A stretch of DNA of 64,000 nucleotides from a virus. Lineage: Duplodnaviria; Caudoviricetes. The stretch lies in IMG/VR virus record IMGVR_UViG_3300046733_000629. One strand, 5' to 3'. The notes under the pieces are model-generated. The model saw nothing but the letters and a program-made list of their open reading frames with translations. It did not search any database and had not been told where the DNA came from. A program made the position numbers and the translations under genes. Positions 26,433 through 34,629 of the stretch are shown piece after piece; position 1 is the stretch's first letter; each line of letters begins with the position of its first letter.

Positions 26433-29400
26433 TAACTAGCTTCTCCTATTTGCAAGTTTGTTATTTCTTGACCACTCGTAAGTGCTATTCTAACTAACAC
26501 AACATTATTAGTTGCATTACTCATATTTTCACTACCTAAAGTCATTGTATAACTATTATCGTTTATTGTACTGTTTGTAGGAATAACATCTGCGCCTGTT
26601 AATGCACAACCGTCAGCACCGTTACCTCCTGTTCCAGTATTACTACCAGGAACACCTACACCTGCATATTGACTTGTACCTTCTAGCCAACCACTTAATC
26701 CACTTGCAGTATCTATACCAGTACCAGGAGATGCAATCCACATACCTGCAATACCATTAGGAGCTGTAAGTCTAATATCAAAGTTAGCAACAACCTGTCT
26801 TTGGAAAGCAAAAGTAAAATATTGTGTTCCAGTATCAGCACTTCTATCTGGACCAACTGGTAAAAATCCTGTGCTATAGTTTGTTGTATTGTGTTCTAAT
26901 TGTCCCCAACGTACTGTTGCTTCTTGTGTTCCACTTACTGCTATTGCACCAGTGAACGGTGTTGCCATATAATCAATAACACTATTAATAGTAGGGGTAT
27001 TTGTATTACCATATGCTACAAAGTCTGCAATACGTATTGCATTGTTTGTGATTACTCCATTACCTAGTGTTGTTGCTACTGGTATATCGTCTTCTATTAC
27101 ACCGCTAGGATTAGCTGTATGTACCTGTACAGAGGTGTTTGTTAGTTCTACATAGTTAGAGCTACCATTAACATTATTTGCTTTAAATTTAAGCGTTTCT
27201 ACTGCCGCTATATTGGATGTAGTAATGTTAATAAGTTGATCTGCTATATTATATGGAGCTGTAAATCCTGTGTTTGAGTTTGGTATACCATTTGTTAAGT
27301 ATGGTGTTGTTCCACTTTCAAGTTCTGCATAGTCTTTGTACTGTGTACTAATTGTTGCACCACTTGTTCCTTCTGAGTTAGTTCCATTAGAAATTTCAAA
27401 TACATTATTTGTATCTCTATATGCTTGACCAATCCAGTCAGTAAGCAGTGCACCAGTTAGTACCAACTGTGGACCACCGGTGTTATAATATGGAATTCCA
27501 GATATGTATCTGTACGTTCCAGGATTATTCTCTGAGAGGATAGAACCAGCAAGGTCAATAGTAGGAACGTTAGTTAAGTCATCACAAATAACTGTTACGT
27601 AATTAGTATTTCCTGTTTCTGTATGCTCTATCCTCTGATCATTTACACCTAGTGAGTATCCACTGAAGTTGTTAGTAATCTTTGAATCAAATGTTTGGTA
27701 AAATCCTGTAGGATAAGTTGACGAACTAATTGTATTATTTGCATCATCTTGTCCACTAATAACTAAGCTACCAAATGTACCGTTTTCGTTTAGGGAAGTA
27801 GTAAAAGATTTTGATCCGCTTGATACTCCGTTAATAATTGCACTAGCTTCTCCACTTAATCCATTATAAGAATTTTGTGCAATTGTTGTGTCAATTGTAC
27901 CATTTGTGTATCTTCTTGCTGTATATGTATCTAAGTCATCACCTGCTGTTAAAGGAGATGTTGAACTATTATCTATAAAGCCGTTAGCTAATTTTGGATC
28001 TATACCTTGCCAAGGGTCTGTTAGTTGAATTGTTTTAGATCCTAATCCTTGTGGAGCTGCTGGTACTGCATTAACTTGGAAAGTTAAACTAGCTGTATCT
28101 GTTTGTGCAGTTATATCCGGTGTTCCACTTGCTGTAAAGTCTAATGTATAATTACCCGGTGCTACTCCTGTAAAGTCATGTTGTACGCTGTTTAGTCCTG
28201 CTTCAACATCATTTGAACTACTGTCATTCCAATTGTATTCGTGACTGTCTCCATTTTGAGTTGTATTGTTTACAGTAACTAATGCTCTGTTTACACCATT
28301 ATAATCTACGCTATCATATACATCGTAAATGTTATCGCCATTGCGATCTGAAACTGTGTTTGCACTACCTGAGATGTTTGCTCTAACATCTGGTTCAACA
28401 TGTATTGTAAATGGTGAACTAGTAAATGGACTGTTTGTGTGTGAACTGATTACTTTTAAGTTTCCTGTGTAATCTCTAGCTACGCCATTTGCTTGGTCTG
28501 AAGCTGATAATGTATATTTGTGATTTATTGTAGTTCCTTGGTCTCCTGAATTTCCAGACCCAGAATTTACTGTTTGAATACTTCCATCACCAAAGTCCCA
28601 TTCATATGTTATTCCATAGTTGTTATAACTTCCTACAGTTGCTTCTGTATTATTTGTAAATGTTACGTTTAATCCATTAACTGAATCTTCATTAATACCT
28701 GTTGTTATATCAGATGTTGTATCTGGTGTATGTGTATCATAAATTTTAAATGATGCTGTATCATCTAATGGTAATATACCTGGTGTTGCTGAACTATGTA
28801 CATCTAGTGTTAGTGTTACGTTACGAGTAACATCAATTTCTGTGCCGGGCTGGAATGTGTGAGCTATTCTAGCACCGGCACTACCACCTGTGACTGTGTC
28901 GTCATTAATAACATCATCTGCAAGACCGTCACCCCAGGACCAAGTATATTGGACTGTTGCCGCGGTTGCATTTGTTGTAGTATTTTGGAAGTAGACAGTA
29001 TCACCGTCATTCCAAGTGGTAATCTGATTTCCGCCTGTAAGTGAATCCCATGCTTGAAAACTTACTGCTGGGTCGGCGGTAAAAATTGTTATATAATCTT
29101 CTTTTGTTTTGCTTATAGTGCTACCTGCACCAGTACCATTATTATTAAATGCTGTTACTGCTACATCAAAAGGAGATCCTGAATTTGTTGCGTATGTATG
29201 TGTAGGTGTGCTGTCGGTTGTCGCTGTAGTTGTATTTCCATCTCCCCAACTAATAGTATATCTATTTGGGTTACCTTCTGTACTAATAACTAGAGTTGTT
29301 GTTAAGCCTGCTCCACCTGTTGTTATGTTTGCGTTAAAATCAATAGACTTAACATAAGTATTATTTCTTACGTTTTCAATTGTTTCATAAACATCTGTTA

Positions 29401-29617
29401 GATCAGCTGTAAGTTCGCTATCTTGATTAGAATCAAAATTAGCTATCTGAGCTTCAAGGTATGCTTTTGTAACTAGATCTTGTGGATCAACTGGATCACT
29501 AGCATTTTTAACTATCTTAGTTGAAACATCAATATTACTTAATGCATTTGAATCTAGTACTAAATCAGACGATTCTGATGTAATTTTTCCTATGCTGTGA
29601 TTAATATTAATCGCCAA
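26432..29617 (-). CDS. PKD-domain virion surface protein (TTG start)
   Basis: Repeated W(G/D)DG PKD motifs (YTISWGDG, YTWSWGDG, YEWDFGDG); late promoter TAAATA 29657-29662. Confidence 0.75.
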   Translation of the reverse strand: MAININHSIGKITSESSDLVLDSNALSNIDVSTKIVKNASDPVDPQDLVTKAYLEAQIANFDSNQDSELTADLTDVYETIENVRNNTYVKSIDFNANITTGGAGLTTTLVISTEGNPNRYTISWGDGNTTTATTDSTPTHTYATNSGSPFDVAVTAFNNNGTGAGSTISKTKEDYITIFTADPAVSFQAWDSLTGGNQITTWNDGDTVYFQNTTTNATAATVQYTWSWGDGLADDVINDDTVTGGSAGARIAHTFQPGTEIDVTRNVTLTLDVHSSATPGILPLDDTASFKIYDTHTPDTTSDITTGINEDSVNGLNVTFTNNTEATVGSYNNYGITYEWDFGDGSIQTVNSGSGNSGDQGTTINHKYTLSASDQANGVARDYTGNLKVISSHTNSPFTSSPFTIHVEPDVRANISGSANTVSDRNGDNIYDVYDSVDYNGVNRALVTVNNTTQNGDSHEYNWNDSSSNDVEAGLNSVQHDFTGVAPGNYTLDFTASGTPDITAQTDTASLTFQVNAVPAAPQGLGSKTIQLTDPWQGIDPKLANGFIDNSSTSPLTAGDDLDTYTARRYTNGTIDTTIAQNSYNGLSGEASAIINGVSSGSKSFTTSLNENGTFGSLVISGQDDANNTISSSTYPTGFYQTFDSKITNNFSGYSLGVNDQRIEHTETGNTNYVTVICDDLTNVPTIDLAGSILSENNPGTYRYISGIPYYNTGGPQLVLTGALLTDWIGQAYRDTNNVFEISNGTNSEGTSGATISTQYKDYAELESGTTPYLTNGIPNSNTGFTAPYNIADQLINITTSNIAAVETLKFKANNVNGSSNYVELTNTSVQVHTANPSGVIEDDIPVATTLGNGVITNNAIRIADFVAYGNTNTPTINSVIDYMATPFTGAIAVSGTQEATVRWGQLEHNTTNYSTGFLPVGPDRSADTGTQYFTFAFQRQVVANFDIRLTAPNGIAGMWIASPGTGIDTASGLSGWLEGTSQYAGVGVPGSNTGTGGNGADGCALTGADVIPTNSTINDNSYTMTLGSENMSNATNNVVLVRIALTSGQEITNLQIGEAS

Positions 29618-29670
29618 TTTCTATACCTCAATTCTTCTTCGCTCTTGCGTATATTGTATTTACTTTTTTT

Positions 29671-29814
29671 TTAATCTAACAATATAGAAAGTGTAGAGAA
29701 ACGATTATCAGTGTATAAAATGTTTTGATGCATAGAGTTAAAAGACGTTCTTAAAACGCCTTCTTTGTTCTCTATAGCTTTTACTCCAAAATCTGGGTTA
29801 AAATGTGATGACAT
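29671..29814 (-). CDS. Putative 47-aa small protein (MSSHFNPDFGVKAIENK...), not in ORF track
   Basis: Follows late promoter 29851-29857; AGGA 8 nt upstream of the ATG. Confidence 0.4.
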   Translation of the reverse strand: MSSHFNPDFGVKAIENKEGVLRTSFNSMHQNILYTDNRFSTLSILLD

Positions 29815-29867
29815 AACTCGACTTCCTACTACTTCCTATTATTATACATGTATTTATCAAATAGAAG

Positions 29868-29896
29868 TCAAAAGAAAAGACGCCGAAGCGTCTTTT
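29868..29896 (-). terminator. Intrinsic terminator with UUCG loop
   Basis: AAAAGACGC-TTCG-GCGTCTTTT-CTTTT. Confidence 0.9.
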
Positions 29897-29902
29897 CAAA
29901 AT

Positions 29903-30119
29903 ACAAGCAAAATAGGGAGGATTAGGGTTTACCTCCAACTCCTCGACAAGATACCATTCTATATCCAGAGAGCCTGTTTCCGTTCGGTAGAACGATGTGA
30001 CTCAGCGTATTTCTACTACCAAGCCTGGGTACCACCCCTAAACAGCCAAGTTCGACAGTCTGGTTACTGCCTCTTCCTTGCACTATAAACATTGAGCCGC
30101 TAAACTCTTTGTTGCTTAT
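29903..30119 (-). ncRNA. Unassigned ~217-nt structured RNA
   Basis: Own promoter and terminator; 5'/3' closing helix AUAAGCAA/UUGCUUGU; at least six internal hairpins. Confidence 0.75.
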
Positions 30120-30125
30120 GTACTT

Positions 30126-30154
30126 AATATATAACGTTTTGATCAAAAGGTCAA
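30126..30154 (-). promoter_or_regulatory. Sigma70-type promoter for the ncRNA
   Basis: ggTTGACC-17bp-TATATT; predicted +1 at A30119. Confidence 0.8.
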
Positions 30155-30173
30155 CCTTTTTTTTTAAAAAAGA

Positions 30174-30326
30174 TTAAATTTTTTGTAGTCTTGGATCTGA
30201 ACTTAGTATGTTTTTCTGAGCACGTGGTCTAGACAAAGGTCTTTCCATTTGTCTTCTATGCAATGCTTTATGTGCTTGCTTAGTACGCTCTTTTTTACGA
30301 GCTAGTTCGAAGTCTCTGTGATTCAT
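30174..30326 (-). CDS. 50-aa Arg/Lys-rich protein (MNHRDFELARKKERTKQAHK...), not in ORF track
   Basis: AAGGAG RBS; late promoter at 30401-30407. Confidence 0.7.
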   Translation of the reverse strand: MNHRDFELARKKERTKQAHKALHRRQMERPLSRPRAQKNILSSDPRLQKI

Positions 30327-30352
30327 AACACTCTCCTTTTTACAGTTAAGTG

Positions 30353-30394
30353 CGTTCCTTCGCTATTGCTACTTCCGTCCCATTGGGATGAACG
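30353..30394 (-). ncRNA. Compact structured leader RNA (three-way junction)
   Basis: CGUUC/GAACG closing helix, UCCC-AAU-GGGA hairpin, GGAAGUA linker; begins near the predicted late +1. Confidence 0.55.
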
Positions 30395-30413
30395 TATTAT
30401 TATTTATCTAAAT

Positions 30414-30487
30414 TGGCATGAGTGAAAGGAATCGAACCCTCATTTGCGGAGTTGGAAGCCGCCGTGTTACCATTACACTACACTCAC
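30414..30487 (-). tRNA. trnW: tRNA-Trp (CCA) with encoded 3' CCA
   Basis: Cloverleaf GTGAGTG/CACTCAT, D arm GTGT/ACAC, T loop TTCGATT, anticodon loop TT-CCA-AC, discriminator G73. Confidence 0.85.
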
Positions 30488-30524
30488 AAAAAAAGCCCCT
30501 AATAAAATTAATTACTAGGGGCTT
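30488..30524 (-). terminator. Strong terminator abutting the tRNA 5' end
   Basis: AAGCCCCTA/TAGGGGCTT stem; the T7 run is directly followed by tRNA G1. Confidence 0.8.
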
Positions 30525-30553
30525 ACTAAAATAACTTTTGTTAAAAAGTCACA

Positions 30554-30616
30554 TCAAGACATACCCCAAATTAATGGTGGCCAATTTGTAATATAAATTG
30601 TATTAGTCTGTGACAT
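30554..30616 (-). CDS. Putative 20-aa leader peptide MSQTNTIYITNWPPLIWGMS
   Basis: Downstream of a sigma70 promoter; AAGGA 13 nt upstream; two TGG codons. Confidence 0.45.
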   Translation of the reverse strand: MSQTNTIYITNWPPLIWGMS

Positions 30617-30646
30617 GTTAAAATTTCGTTCCTTTATTATGTATGT

Positions 30647-30675
30647 AATATACTACACATATTTATGAAAGTCAA
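30647..30675 (-). promoter_or_regulatory. Sigma70-type promoter for the leader/tRNA unit
   Basis: ggTTGACT-17bp-TATATT. Confidence 0.8.
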
Positions 30676-30696
30676 CCACTTAATGAAAAAAAGATC

Positions 30697-30726
30697 AAAA
30701 AAATAGGGCCCCTAAAGGCCCTATTT
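30697..30726 (-). terminator. Terminator after the major capsid gene
   Basis: AAATAGGGCC/GGCCCTATTT plus T run. Confidence 0.85.
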
Positions 30727-30749
30727 CTATATCTGTTCCTTGTTCTCTA

Positions 30750-31913
30750 TTATGAGAATGAAAGGTTACCAGCGTTAACACCAATTTTAGCTAGGTAGTC
30801 AGCTGCGTTACCAAGAGATGAAGCTTGGTTGTTTAGCTCTACATAACCGTAACGTGTCATGAATGACACTGTTGGTTCGAATGTTGCTGGATCAAGTACT
30901 GTGCCTGAAGACATTAGTGGGATGTATGGGCAATAGAATGCTGCCGCATCAATTTCACCGTCGCCTTTGTAGCCAACTAGTACTGGAGCATCGTCTGCTG
31001 CATACTGATCTACAAACACTCTCATAGTGTTATTTAAAGTTCCAACAAATTTAGTGTTAGTTGGTGCTTCAAAAGGACCTTCAGTTGTTCTTGCGAATGC
31101 TGAAGTTGTCGCTGATTGTAGTACTGTTAACATTGTTGGTGAGATAACAACGTAGTTACCTGCGCCACGTCTTGTACGTGTAGCGATTAGGTTAGCTGCT
31201 CTGTTAATTAGAACTGCTAGTGCCGCATGTTGGTCTCCAACGAAAGTTGCTTGACCTGATACGTTACCTTGATCGTATGTGTCTGTGGCTGCGCCTGCTA
31301 GTGTACGTAGTGAAGTAAGAACTTCTTGGTCAATCTCAGCAGTAATTTCTTGTGCAAGTGCTTGCATGATTTCTGCTTCAACGTCTAGACCGTGCATTGA
31401 ATTAGCATCTTGTGCTGCTTCAAAAGTCCAACGTGCTGATAATTTACGTGTTTTAGCTTCAACAGTTTGTTTCAATACTTGGATTGAAAGTTTACGACCT
31501 GCTTCTGCTTCTAGAGCTGAAGTTGAAGTCGGTCCACCTGTTGATGCGTCACCTGAGTAACCTTTTGCAATTGCAAATGGTGATAGTGCTTCGTCACCAG
31601 CTGTTACGCCAGCTGCTGTTTGGCCATATCTTACTCTTAGTGTGTGGATTTGTCCTACTGGACCTGTCATAGGTTGTACACCTACTAGTTCGTTCGCGAT
31701 AACTGTTGGCATAACACGACGAATAACTGGTAGAATCACTTTGTTAAGTGATGCAACGTTACCTGCCATTGTTGTACCTGCGGTTGCTGATTCTGAAAGA
31801 TAGTTTCTTGTGTTTTCAAGAACTGATTCCATAACAACCTTTTTGTTACCATTTAAACCATCTGTAAGGGCGTCTTTTGTTACGTCCCAATTTTCAAATA
31901 GATTCTGTGTCAT
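30750..31913 (-). CDS. gp23: Major capsid protein (gp23-like)
   Basis: ILPVIRRVMPTVIANELVGVQPMTGPVGQI, VEAKTRKLSARWTFE, AFYCPYIPL, FMTRYG. Confidence 0.97.
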   Translation of the reverse strand: MTQNLFENWDVTKDALTDGLNGNKKVVMESVLENTRNYLSESATAGTTMAGNVASLNKVILPVIRRVMPTVIANELVGVQPMTGPVGQIHTLRVRYGQTAAGVTAGDEALSPFAIAKGYSGDASTGGPTSTSALEAEAGRKLSIQVLKQTVEAKTRKLSARWTFEAAQDANSMHGLDVEAEIMQALAQEITAEIDQEVLTSLRTLAGAATDTYDQGNVSGQATFVGDQHAALAVLINRAANLIATRTRRGAGNYVVISPTMLTVLQSATTSAFARTTEGPFEAPTNTKFVGTLNNTMRVFVDQYAADDAPVLVGYKGDGEIDAAAFYCPYIPLMSSGTVLDPATFEPTVSFMTRYGYVELNNQASSLGNAADYLAKIGVNAGNLSFS

Positions 31914-31925
31914 TTGGAGATCTCC

Positions 31926-33020
31926 TTAGTTGATTCCTGCTAACTTTTTAAGGTTAATAATTTCGGCTGCACTATCAGTTACCTGGGTCGTGTCTGCCTT
32001 GTTACCTGTAATCTCAGTCTTCTGAGATTCGTTTAGTTTCTGTGATTTAGTTGTGCTTGATTCGTTAAGTACCGTTGGTAGGTATTTGTTGAATTGAGCT
32101 TTTAGCTTACTTGTGCTTACGCTTTCAAGTAAGTTGTTCATTAATTCACGTTTGTCTTTTGATAGTGGTGACATAAGTTCAGCCATAACTGACTCACGTT
32201 CACGGCTTTCATTAATTCTAGTAACTTTATCAGTTGCTTCAGTAATTTTTGCCTCTCTATCTTTAATTTCTTTATGTGATTCGTCAAGTTGACTCTTCAC
32301 GTCTGAAAGTTCTTTTGAAAGTTTTGAAATATGTGTACCTTCAGCTAAGTGAGAACCCATAAATTCTGCTGCGAATGTTTCAAACAACTTACGTCCAAAC
32401 ATATTTTCTTTAGCAGTTTTAATATCTTCTTTTAAAGTACCTAGTTCTTTTGAGAGTGTGCCCTCAACAATACCAGCTAGTTTAGTAGAAGCTTTATCTA
32501 CGAATTCAGCTTTCGCTTTAGTGATCATTTCTTTACCTTCGGCGACAAGTTTTACCTTTTGTTCAATAAGGTCTTTCTTGTCATTATGGAATTCATTAAG
32601 TTCTGAAGTAAGTTGTTCCATCACAAAATCTTCTAACTTCTCAAAGTTACCTTCTTGAAGTTTTCTGTCTTTGCGTAGTTCTGTAATTTCCTTGTTAAGA
32701 GTTTCCATAACAAACTTATCAAGTAGATTAGCGTGTTCCGCAATCTTACGTTTGTACTCAACTTGAGCTTCTACTGCTGCTTTTTTGTCCGCTGCAAATT
32801 CTTTCAACTCAGTATTAATTGTATCTGATACCATCGCGTCTAGTGCTTCCACCATTGATGTTTTATCAGTTTCATATCTGTTTGCGAATTCTTCACGTAA
32901 TTCAGCAGTGATCTCTTCTCGAGCCTCACCTAATTTTACTTCCCATGCTTCTGAAAGTGTTGAACGCACTTCTTCCGATAGGACTTCTGAACTTAGGAGT
33001 TGTTCTATTGCATTAGCCAT
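31926..33020 (-). CDS. gp22: Prohead scaffolding protein (gp22-like)
   Basis: Glu/Lys-rich coiled coil between protease and capsid genes. Confidence 0.8.
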   Translation of the reverse strand: MANAIEQLLSSEVLSEEVRSTLSEAWEVKLGEAREEITAELREEFANRYETDKTSMVEALDAMVSDTINTELKEFAADKKAAVEAQVEYKRKIAEHANLLDKFVMETLNKEITELRKDRKLQEGNFEKLEDFVMEQLTSELNEFHNDKKDLIEQKVKLVAEGKEMITKAKAEFVDKASTKLAGIVEGTLSKELGTLKEDIKTAKENMFGRKLFETFAAEFMGSHLAEGTHISKLSKELSDVKSQLDESHKEIKDREAKITEATDKVTRINESRERESVMAELMSPLSKDKRELMNNLLESVSTSKLKAQFNKYLPTVLNESSTTKSQKLNESQKTEITGNKADTTQVTDSAAEIINLKKLAGIN

Positions 33021-33650
33021 TTAGTTTCTCCTAATATCTAGTTTTTCAATGAACTGTAGTACTTCCTTCTGGAGGTACTCCTCAGCTAATTTGTCGTTGT
33101 TTGCCGCGTTTGCTACGTCAAGTAAGATGTTACCACGTTTCCCATTCATAATTTGTTCATAAATTGGATTTGGGTATGCATCTGGTGCACTTGGATTAGC
33201 TACAATATCAACTGTTTGTATTTCAAAATCGCTAACATTGCCATTGTCTGTAACATTACCGCTACCCCTTGACGAAACGCCAAGTTTGACTCCATTGTCT
33301 AAAAGGGTTTTACAAATATTTCCCATCGGAGTTGGTAATAGCTTTAAACGACCATAACCGTCTTGACCATCCATCCACATTTTTTCAATCATGTGTGACA
33401 CACGGTCTAAATTTACTTGCAGATCATCTGGGTGATCTGCTTCACCTAATACAGAGTAACCAGTATCAATCTTTTCTTGGATGACTTTAACAGCCTTACC
33501 AATTTCTGATACTGGATATACTCTCTGATTTTGATTACGCTTTTCACCTTGGACGAAAATTCCTTGCATATATAGGTTCTTACCATCTTCTGAAGATTCA
33601 GTGATGATATTTGCCTGGTCGTATGTTAGGTTTTCTTTAAGTGTGAGCAT
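33021..33650 (-). CDS. gp21: Prohead protease (gp21-like)
   Basis: GIFVQGEKRNQNQRVYP, GEADHP, GVSSRGSG, DIVANPSAPDAY. Confidence 0.95.
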   Translation of the reverse strand: MLTLKENLTYDQANIITESSEDGKNLYMQGIFVQGEKRNQNQRVYPVSEIGKAVKVIQEKIDTGYSVLGEADHPDDLQVNLDRVSHMIEKMWMDGQDGYGRLKLLPTPMGNICKTLLDNGVKLGVSSRGSGNVTDNGNVSDFEIQTVDIVANPSAPDAYPNPIYEQIMNGKRGNILLDVANAANNDKLAEEYLQKEVLQFIEKLDIRRN

Positions 33651-33652
33651 AA

Positions 33653-34498
33653 TTATTCAGCCTTGCCTTTTTTCTCTGCGCCGTGACCTTTAGACTCTGG
33701 AGATAATTTTGCACCGTCACCTGGGTGAGTTACATTCATATCTTTTGCATCGCCTGTTAAGCCTTTTGAATCGCCGCCGTCTGATTTAGCAGACATATCA
33801 ACTGCTTTGCCGCCCATGTCATTTTTACCTGCAACTGGTGATGCTTTACCATCGTCACCTGCTGGCATATCTGCTGGGTGCATGCCGTCTTTACCTACTT
33901 TAGTTAAATCAGCTGCTTCTTCGATTTCTTCCGAGTCTTCATCAGCTTCCGCTGCAGTTTCTTCAACTACTGCTTCTTCCATTTCTGGTTCCATATCCAT
34001 TTCTGGAGCTGGATCTGCTGCTGGCTCGTCGCCCATAATTTTAGCAAATTCTGCTTTAAGATCTTCTAGTGCGTCTTCAACGTTTACTAGCTTATCTTCA
34101 ATTTCTTCGTGATCTTCTTCGTGATCGTCTACTTCACCATCACCATTTAAATCACCGTCATCGTCTGATGCTAATTCCATTTCAGCTTCTGGCTCTGCTA
34201 GATCTGATTCAGGAGCGTCTTCGCCCTCTTTATCTTCTCCGTACATTTCCTCTGCTTCAATTTCGTCATCATCTTCTTCGATGTCGTCGATAAAGTTATC
34301 AGCTTTTTCGTCACCGATCGCTTCATCTAATTCTTCTTCCGCTACTTCATCTTCTACAACTTCGTCTGCTTCGACTAAGTCGTTCCAAATTTCACGTGCT
34401 TTTTCTACGAATGCTTCGTGTAGTAGGTCAGAAGCTTTTGCTTCTTCGCCATTCACTAGGCTTTCTATCACTTTAATATAACGTTCGCGAGTACTCAT
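33653..34498 (-). CDS. Acidic prohead core protein (gp67/68 position; start MSTRERY)
   Basis: Very Asp/Glu-rich; late promoter 34533-34538 and AAGGAG place the start at 34498. Confidence 0.7.
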   Translation of the reverse strand: MSTRERYIKVIESLVNGEEAKASDLLHEAFVEKAREIWNDLVEADEVVEDEVAEEELDEAIGDEKADNFIDDIEEDDDEIEAEEMYGEDKEGEDAPESDLAEPEAEMELASDDDGDLNGDGEVDDHEEDHEEIEDKLVNVEDALEDLKAEFAKIMGDEPAADPAPEMDMEPEMEEAVVEETAAEADEDSEEIEEAADLTKVGKDGMHPADMPAGDDGKASPVAGKNDMGGKAVDMSAKSDGGDSKGLTGDAKDMNVTHPGDGAKLSPESKGHGAEKKGKAE

Positions 34499-34569
34499 TA
34501 GCTTTTCTCCTTTATCGAGGTTATAACACATGTATTTAGTCTTACTACAAGGTAAGATATCTTAAATAC

Positions 34570-34598
34570 AAAAAAAACCGCGGTTTTGACACCGCTGG
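34570..34598 (-). terminator. Probable terminator after the portal operon
   Basis: CC(A)GCGGT/ACCGCGG stem plus T8. Confidence 0.6.
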
Positions 34599-34629
34599 TA
34601 TAAAAATAACAGTTATGTAGGTATTTTAT

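Noticed and set aside
29950-30010. Hammerhead-like CUGA...stem...GAAAC in the 217-nt RNA
   Set aside because: CUGANGA core is not intact and is not adjacent to stem II
29765-30146. ORFs 29765-30088 (+) and 29922-30146 (-)
   Set aside because: The minus ORF starts upstream of the predicted +1, inside the promoter; both lack an RBS and overlap the structured RNA
20149-30148. TTTTGATCAAAA palindrome at 20150-20161 and 30137-30148 as a shared operator
   Set aside because: Only two AT-rich copies in unrelated contexts; chance cannot be excluded
30414-30487. Reading the tRNA as Gly (TCC)
   Set aside because: Stem register GCGG/CCGC centres the loop on CCA, and G73 fits Trp
34533-34568. Opposing plus-strand TAAATA near the prohead-core promoter as an antisense promoter
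   Set aside because: Part of a local palindrome, lacks the leading A, and has no downstream target
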